Shown: positions 27,443-32,000 of the stretch, piece by piece
Numbering within the stretch: the stretch's first letter is position 1
How the letters are laid out: every line of letters starts with the position of its first letter
Assembly: GCA_028718985.1 (NCBI GenBank)
Contig: JAQUKQ010000006.1
Location: 10,061 to 42,060 of the forward strand
Length of the DNA: 32,000 nucleotides
From: Desulfobulbaceae bacterium
GTDB taxonomy: Bacteria > Desulfobacterota > Desulfobulbia > Desulfobulbales > VMSU01
Reading direction: 5' to 3'
Notes under the pieces: model-generated
The model's input: only the letters and a program-made list of their open reading frames with translations
Database searches by the model: none
What the model was told of the DNA's origin: nothing
Made by a program: the position numbers and the translations under genes

Positions 27443-28020
27443 CGAACTGAGGCTCCGAACATGGTCTCGTCGACCAGTTGACAGATAAGGTGTTCCGCCC
27501 AGAGGTGGGTCTCTTGGATGTGTGGGGTGAAGAAACAGGGGACGTTTAAGCCTATATCGGCCATGGGCAAGAGCTTGCCGCCGCTACCGCCAGTCAGGAC
27601 TGCGGTGGTCAATCCCATGGCTCTAGCTTGTTCGATGGCCTTGATGACATTTGGGGAGTTGCCGCTGGTTGATATGCCAAGGGCGATGTCGCCCGCCTGG
27701 CCTAAGGCTTGGATCTGCTTGATGAAGATATCGTTGAAAGAAAAATCATTGCCGATACTGGTCAAGATTGAAGAGTCGGTGGTCAAGGCGATAGCGGGTA
27801 ATGGCCGTCGATCGATCAAAAAACGATTGACGAATTCTGCGGCCATATGCTGGGCATCGGCAGCACTGCCGCCATTGCCGAAGATTAAAAGCTTGTTGCC
27901 GTTCCGAAACGCTTCAACCAGGGTTTTAACTAAACGGCACAGCTCAACACTGCAGGCGGCGGCAAAATCCTGCTTAGCTTTGATTGACCCTAAAAGTCCG
28001 GCGTTGATTTGTTCTTGCAT
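27439..28020 (-). CDS. SIS-domain protein, phosphoheptose isomerase GmhA / DiaA-like
   Basis: 193 aa with GNGGSAADAQHMAAEF, LTTDSSILTSIGND and ISTSGNSPNVI, the signatures of GmhA-type SIS proteins. No other heptose/LPS genes are adjacent. Confidence 0.8.
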   Translation of the reverse strand: MQEQINAGLLGSIKAKQDFAAACSVELCRLVKTLVEAFRNGNKLLIFGNGGSAADAQHMAAEFVNRFLIDRRPLPAIALTTDSSILTSIGNDFSFNDIFIKQIQALGQAGDIALGISTSGNSPNVIKAIEQARAMGLTTAVLTGGSGGKLLPMADIGLNVPCFFTPHIQETHLWAEHLICQLVDETMFGASVR

Positions 28021-28321
28021 TCTCGTCTATTCCTTGCTATCAGGCTCGTTTGCCTTGTTGTCCGTTGCATAAAGAAAGTCAAACGGCAGGGGGGGAAATC
28101 GAACAACTTTACGGCTTCTTTGTAATGAGCCAAACTTTTATTCCAGCCACCAATCTTTGTCAAGGGATGCCTTTCTTGGCATACGCATATTTCTTTTGCA
28201 TTCGCGATCTTTTTTTTGATAGAGTGTACAGGAAAGTGGTTTTGCTGATCTCAGCAACTCCACGGGAACGACGAACAGGAAACGCCAACAGGCATTGAAA
28301 CAGGGCAAAGCGGAGACCGCC

Positions 28322-28837
28322 ATGCAGGAAACAGATCATTTAAGAAATAACGAAAAAGTGTTGCGCATCTTGCGAGAGATCGATCAATTTACCACCTTTT
28401 CCAGTGAAGACATCCTCTCTTTTCTCGAGGCCGGAAAGCTCCTTGAGTATGAAAAAAACGAAGATATCCTGATCGAAGGGCAAAATGGCTTCCATGTCTA
28501 CTTCTTGCTGGCAGGGGAGGTGAGAATCACCAAAGATGGCAAGGAGGTCAAGACGTTACGACGTACCGGCGAACTTTTTGGTGAGATGGGCTTCATGGAA
28601 GGGGCTACGAAAGCGGCATCAGTAACCGCTCTGCAGAAGACCCTGGTCTTGCGGTTGGACAGTGCAATCATCGGCAAAAATCCAGATGCCAAGGAACTTG
28701 CCTTGGGGTACACGATTTATCGCCTTTTTTGTGAGGTCCTGGCCGATCGTCTTCGGGTAACCACTGAGGAGAATGTGAAGCTCAAAAAAGAAATTAAGAA
28801 GCTGGCCGCTAAAGTTACCACCAAAAAGGCCTCTTGA
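28322..28837 (+). CDS. Stand-alone cyclic-nucleotide-binding-domain protein with Lys-rich coiled C-terminal tail
   Basis: It has a cNMP-binding beta-barrel pattern (ILIEGQNGFHVYFLLAGEVRI...FGEMGFMEG-ATKAASVTA). I chose the ATG at 28322 (GGAG 6 nt upstream) over the TTG at 28295. The phosphate-binding-cassette Arg-Ser/Thr position reads K-A. Confidence 0.78.
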   Translation: MQETDHLRNNEKVLRILREIDQFTTFSSEDILSFLEAGKLLEYEKNEDILIEGQNGFHVYFLLAGEVRITKDGKEVKTLRRTGELFGEMGFMEGATKAASVTALQKTLVLRLDSAIIGKNPDAKELALGYTIYRLFCEVLADRLRVTTEENVKLKKEIKKLAAKVTTKKAS

Positions 28838-28907
28838 AACGAGCAGGAGCTCTTTGCTCGCCCTTTTTCCCCCAGTCACGTTTACTGCACTTGTCCTTTT
28901 AACCGTA

Positions 28908-29651
28908 ATGTCTGCTTCGTTTTTCTGTGTTGTCTTGGTCGAACCCCAAGGGCCGCTCAATATCGGCTCGGTTTGCCGGGCTATGGCGAATTTTGGGTTT
29001 GATGATCTGCGACTGGTCAATCCTCAAACAGATCACTTAAGCGATGAGGCACGGCGGATGGCAGTCAAGGCCACCCCGCTGCTGGAAAAGGCCAGGGCTT
29101 TTTCGACACTGGCTCAAGCCTTGGCCGATTGCCATTTTTCGATGGCTTCGACGCGACGCTTGGGGAGTTACCGGGAAGATTTTTATTATCCTGATCAAGC
29201 CGCCCAGGTATTGCTGCCGCTCAGTGCTCAAGGCCGAGTCGCCTTAGTGTTCGGCCGTGAGGATCATGGCCTGTTCAACAGTGAGCTGGATCTCTGCCAG
29301 CGACTCATTACTATCCCAACTGCCGAGGCGTTGCGGTCCATGAATCTGGCCCAAGCGGTCACTCTCTGTCTCTATGAGATCTTCAAGGCCAGACACGGTT
29401 CCATCAATCAGATTCCGGCCAAGAAGCTGGCAACTTCCGAGAAATTGGAAGCCATGCTCCTACATATGCAGCAGTGCATGGCAGATGTTAAATATCTCAA
29501 TCTGCAGAATCCTGAGCATATCGTTCGCACCTATCGGCATATCTTTGGGCGTGCCCAATTGGATGAACGGGAGGTAAGAACGCTGCAGGGATTGTGGAGC
29601 CATATCGAGTGGCTTAAAGGGAAAATCGACACCACGGCATCTGAAGCATGA
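28908..29651 (+). CDS. SpoU/TrmH-superfamily RNA 2'-O-methyltransferase, TrmJ-like
   Basis: VVLVEPQGPLNIGSVCRAMANFGF..LRLVNP, LVFGREDHGL and IPT...SMNLAQAVTLCLYE match the three SpoU motifs in TrmJ order. The start is ambiguous. ATG 28908 fits homolog N-termini. TTG 28854 has the better SD (AGGAG, 4-nt spacing) but adds 18 hydrophobic residues. Confidence 0.8.
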   Translation: MSASFFCVVLVEPQGPLNIGSVCRAMANFGFDDLRLVNPQTDHLSDEARRMAVKATPLLEKARAFSTLAQALADCHFSMASTRRLGSYREDFYYPDQAAQVLLPLSAQGRVALVFGREDHGLFNSELDLCQRLITIPTAEALRSMNLAQAVTLCLYEIFKARHGSINQIPAKKLATSEKLEAMLLHMQQCMADVKYLNLQNPEHIVRTYRHIFGRAQLDEREVRTLQGLWSHIEWLKGKIDTTASEA

Positions 29652-29693
29652 TGGAATTATTTGCTATTTTAAACATGACAACTATTTTGCCGA

Positions 29694-31238
29694 ATGAAAA
29701 TTAACGCTAAACTTGTTGCCAGCTTCGGCACAGTCCTGGTAACCACCCTAGTTGTTTTTGGTAGAATTAGCTATAGCACCTTCACCGAAAGTGCTCATAT
29801 GGCTTCTGATAAAATTATTTCACTGCAAAGTAGTGAGATAATTTATCACACCACCAAGTCGCTACGGAAAGAGGTAGGTAATATTGAGCAGCAGCTTTCC
29901 CTCTATATGCAGGTTAATGCCTGTAGCCTTGGGTCGGATAAGGAGAGCAAGGATCTTCTCGAGGGGTTTGCTAAGCACGATCCGTTGTTTCGCTCAATTA
30001 GTCTATCTCCGCGCCGTGGGAATTTGCCCCCTCCCGAGTTTCAAACCTGGATGGACGAGTTCGAGGCGAATCATTTTGAACCGTTCTTGACCCGCAGGGG
30101 AGACGATCTTCTTCTGCTTTGGCCTACTCAGACCCCGCAGGGGGCGGCTTTTTTTGTCATTACGCTTGACCCTGCCTACTTCGCCGCAAAACTAAGTTCC
30201 TCGATGACCAATAGTGGCTATTTGAATGTTAGTGGAGCTGCCATTGTGTTGACCAGCCATGGAAAACCTCTTCTTGAACCAGTGTTGCAGGATCCCCAAA
30301 AGACCCTGGCGAGAGATATCCTCACCGGTGTCGATATTGATGCTCTGGCTGAGCATGTTGAAGATAAAGGGGAGTATTTTATCTATCGACCAGCAGATAC
30401 TCTTTTTGATGCTGATTTGACGATGGTAGTTCCTAAAAAATTTAATCAGGACAATTTGGTTAAATTGAAAAATAGGATCCTGGCCGCGATGTTAATTGTT
30501 GCCTGGATCTCGGTTTGGATCATGTTGGTTATCGCCTACAGAATTTCCAGTCCGATCAGAAAGCTGTCAAAGATCACCAAGGATATTATTGAGTTTAATT
30601 ACACAACCGAGATGGAGATTCCTCCGTCGAATGATGAGATTGGCGAGTTGGCTGAAAATTTCGAGAACATGCGGCAAAAGATCAAGACCTTGGTGACTGA
30701 GGACCCATTGACTCAGGTCTATAATCGCCGTTTCGTGATGCATCTTTTTGATTTGGCGGTTCTGAAAGCAAGCGCCAGCAATACTCCGCTTTGCTGTATT
30801 ATGATGGATATTGATTTCTTTAAAAAGGTTAACGATACGTATGGGCATCAGGGTGGGGATGCTGTCTTGATGGCTGTCGGGAAAGTTTTGAAGGAGATCT
30901 CGAGGGATTACGACACACCCGCCCGGTATGGCGGCGAAGAGTTTCTCTGTCTTCTGCCTGAGACGACGCTACCGGACGCAGTTGCTATTGCGGAGAGGAT
31001 TCGTATGGCGGTCAAGGGTCTTACCGTCGTTTTTGGAGAGATCGAGCTGCGCTGTACCGTCAGTCTTGGTGTCGCGGAGTACGTCGTAGGGAGGGCCGAG
31101 AGTACGGACGAAATCATTCGTGATGCCGACAACGCGCTCTATCAAGCCAAGGAGAACGGTAGAGATCAGGTCGTGGTCTGCCGTCAAGAACCGAACGCGG
31201 TGGTCTGTCCAGCAGGGGAGGAAGGGGCAACGGTCTAA
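29694..31238 (+). CDS. Membrane sensor diguanylate cyclase (periplasmic domain, TM, HAMP, GGDEF)
   Basis: 514 aa. An N-terminal TM and a second TM (AAMLIVAWISVWIMLVIAY) flank a ~240-aa extracytoplasmic domain. A HAMP-like linker (DEIGELAENFENM) precedes the GGDEF domain. That domain has an intact active site RYGGEEF and an I-site RDYD exactly 5 residues upstream. Confidence 0.9.
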   Translation: MKINAKLVASFGTVLVTTLVVFGRISYSTFTESAHMASDKIISLQSSEIIYHTTKSLRKEVGNIEQQLSLYMQVNACSLGSDKESKDLLEGFAKHDPLFRSISLSPRRGNLPPPEFQTWMDEFEANHFEPFLTRRGDDLLLLWPTQTPQGAAFFVITLDPAYFAAKLSSSMTNSGYLNVSGAAIVLTSHGKPLLEPVLQDPQKTLARDILTGVDIDALAEHVEDKGEYFIYRPADTLFDADLTMVVPKKFNQDNLVKLKNRILAAMLIVAWISVWIMLVIAYRISSPIRKLSKITKDIIEFNYTTEMEIPPSNDEIGELAENFENMRQKIKTLVTEDPLTQVYNRRFVMHLFDLAVLKASASNTPLCCIMMDIDFFKKVNDTYGHQGGDAVLMAVGKVLKEISRDYDTPARYGGEEFLCLLPETTLPDAVAIAERIRMAVKGLTVVFGEIELRCTVSLGVAEYVVGRAESTDEIIRDADNALYQAKENGRDQVVVCRQEPNAVVCPAGEEGATV

Positions 31239-31406
31239 GGCGGGCTGTTGAATGAGGTGTTCAGTGTATGTTTTTTAGACGAGCAGAGGAAAGCTTGTTC
31301 AGCAACGTCACGGACATGTGCTCAAGCCTGCAAGGCTTAAAATTGCCTGTCTGCGCAGGGCTGAGACAATGCGGACGTGACGTAGCTGAACAGTTCACAG
31401 ATTGGG

Positions 31407-31628
31407 TTACTTTTTTTCGCCGCAAGCACAGGTGCTCAGGCCAATAAGCTTGTAGAGGGGGCAAAAGCGCATAAGACCGGTAAGAAGTGGCAAGAAGGCA
31501 ACAAACTTGATGATGGTTTGTGACGTGCCGGCTGAGACGACAGGGTTTTCAAAAAAACCAATGTAGCCTAGGCCGATGGCGATAACAAGCCGCAGTAACA
31601 TATCGAAAGTGCCAACATTTTTTTCCAT
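31407..31628 (-). CDS. DUF2892 (YgaP-C-like) small membrane protein
   Basis: 73 aa. NVGTFDMLLRLVIAIGLG...two hydrophobic helices...FCPLYKLIGLSTC is the typical DUF2892 pattern. Confidence 0.7.
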   Translation of the reverse strand: MEKNVGTFDMLLRLVIAIGLGYIGFFENPVVSAGTSQTIIKFVAFLPLLTGLMRFCPLYKLIGLSTCACGEKK

Positions 31629-31760
31629 GCTTTCCCCCTGTTTAGAGTAGTCAATATCTTTTTGTCCGGATTTGCCAATACTGGGATAATATAGGCTGAT
31701 CAGGTCAAGAGACTTCGGATAACGTGATCACCTGTATTGTATTGAAAAAAATCTCGTAAA

Positions 31761-32000
31761 TCACGCTTTATTTTCTGTGATATGCAGAAAAGAGGCGGCC
31801 TCGACAGACAGGAAACTTGCTTCGACCCTTAGTAGCCAGTAGCCATCTGGCTCTCTCAGAATGGCATCGCGGAGCTTATCTGAAAGCCAATGGGAGTCTT
31901 CGATAAGGTTATAGAAGACCGAGTCTATGCCGATGAAGCCATCGAGAAGGTGAGCAATCAAGTGCAGAACCTTGCTGGGAAAGCCTAATGGCAGTTTCTT
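31761..32000 (-). CDS. Hypothetical protein, C-terminal fragment (5' end outside window)
   Basis: The minus-strand frame is open from the window edge (my translation ...KKLPLGFPSKVLHLIAHLLDGF...) to TGA at 31761-31763. The track's TTG start at 31961 is probably internal. I recognise no family. Confidence 0.4.
   Translation of the reverse strand, partial: KKLPLGFPSKVLHLIAHLLDGFIGIDSVFYNLIEDSHWLSDKLRDAILREPDGYWLLRVEASFLSVEAASFLHITENKA

Noticed and set aside
28050-28298. 82-aa plus-strand ORF in the 300-nt divergent intergenic region between the SIS gene and the cNMP-domain gene
   Set aside because: It has no SD and an odd composition, and it ends inside the better-supported cNMP gene's upstream region. 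I scanned the region for CRP/FNR-type palindromes and sigma-54 spacing and found no convincing site either.

Overview
The window is a gene-dense (about 90% coding) bacterial chromosomal segment with no rRNA, tRNA, CRISPR array, IS or transposon, or phage genes that I could recognise. The plus-strand block at 1-10.5 kb holds a ParA C-terminal fragment, a membrane-anchored zinc-ribbon/retropepsin-like protease and, further along, the tig-clpP-clpX-lon proteostasis cluster. That block is interrupted by three minus-strand genes: a YkgJ-type CxxCxxCC protein and an ECF-transporter T/A pair (cbiQ/cbiO type) that has no substrate-capture component. From 10.7 to 28.0 kb everything is on the minus strand. 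Listed by descending coordinate, this run contains: a SIS(GmhA-like)/deoxyhypusine-synthase-like/FmdB zinc-ribbon trio; hemC; a cobA-hemD fusion; a sigma-54 response regulator plus PAS histidine kinase; HU; a plant-type class II ilvC; a DUF480 protein; and a tightly packed 7-gene FAS-II-like operon. That operon encodes KAS, ACP, two phytoene-desaturase-like flavoproteins, FabG-like, FabZ-like and FabI-like proteins. The last 4 kb on the plus strand encodes a small cNMP-binding-domain protein, a SpoU/TrmJ-type RNA methyltransferase and a HAMP-GGDEF diguanylate cyclase, followed by a minus-strand DUF2892 protein and a partial ORF. The best candidate for an undescribed system is the FAS-like operon with its own ACP and twin CrtI-like flavoenzymes (10758-17185), which appears to sit behind a sigma-54-type -24/-12 element. 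Secondary candidates are the SIS/DHS-like/zinc-ribbon operon, the zinc-ribbon-retropepsin membrane protein, and the long structured leader of the S-component-less ECF module. The gene content (cobA/hemD fusion, sigma-54 signalling, roughly 50% GC by eye) suggests an anaerobic Desulfobacterota-like organism, but that is inference only. All product calls come from motif recognition in the supplied translations; no database search was possible.
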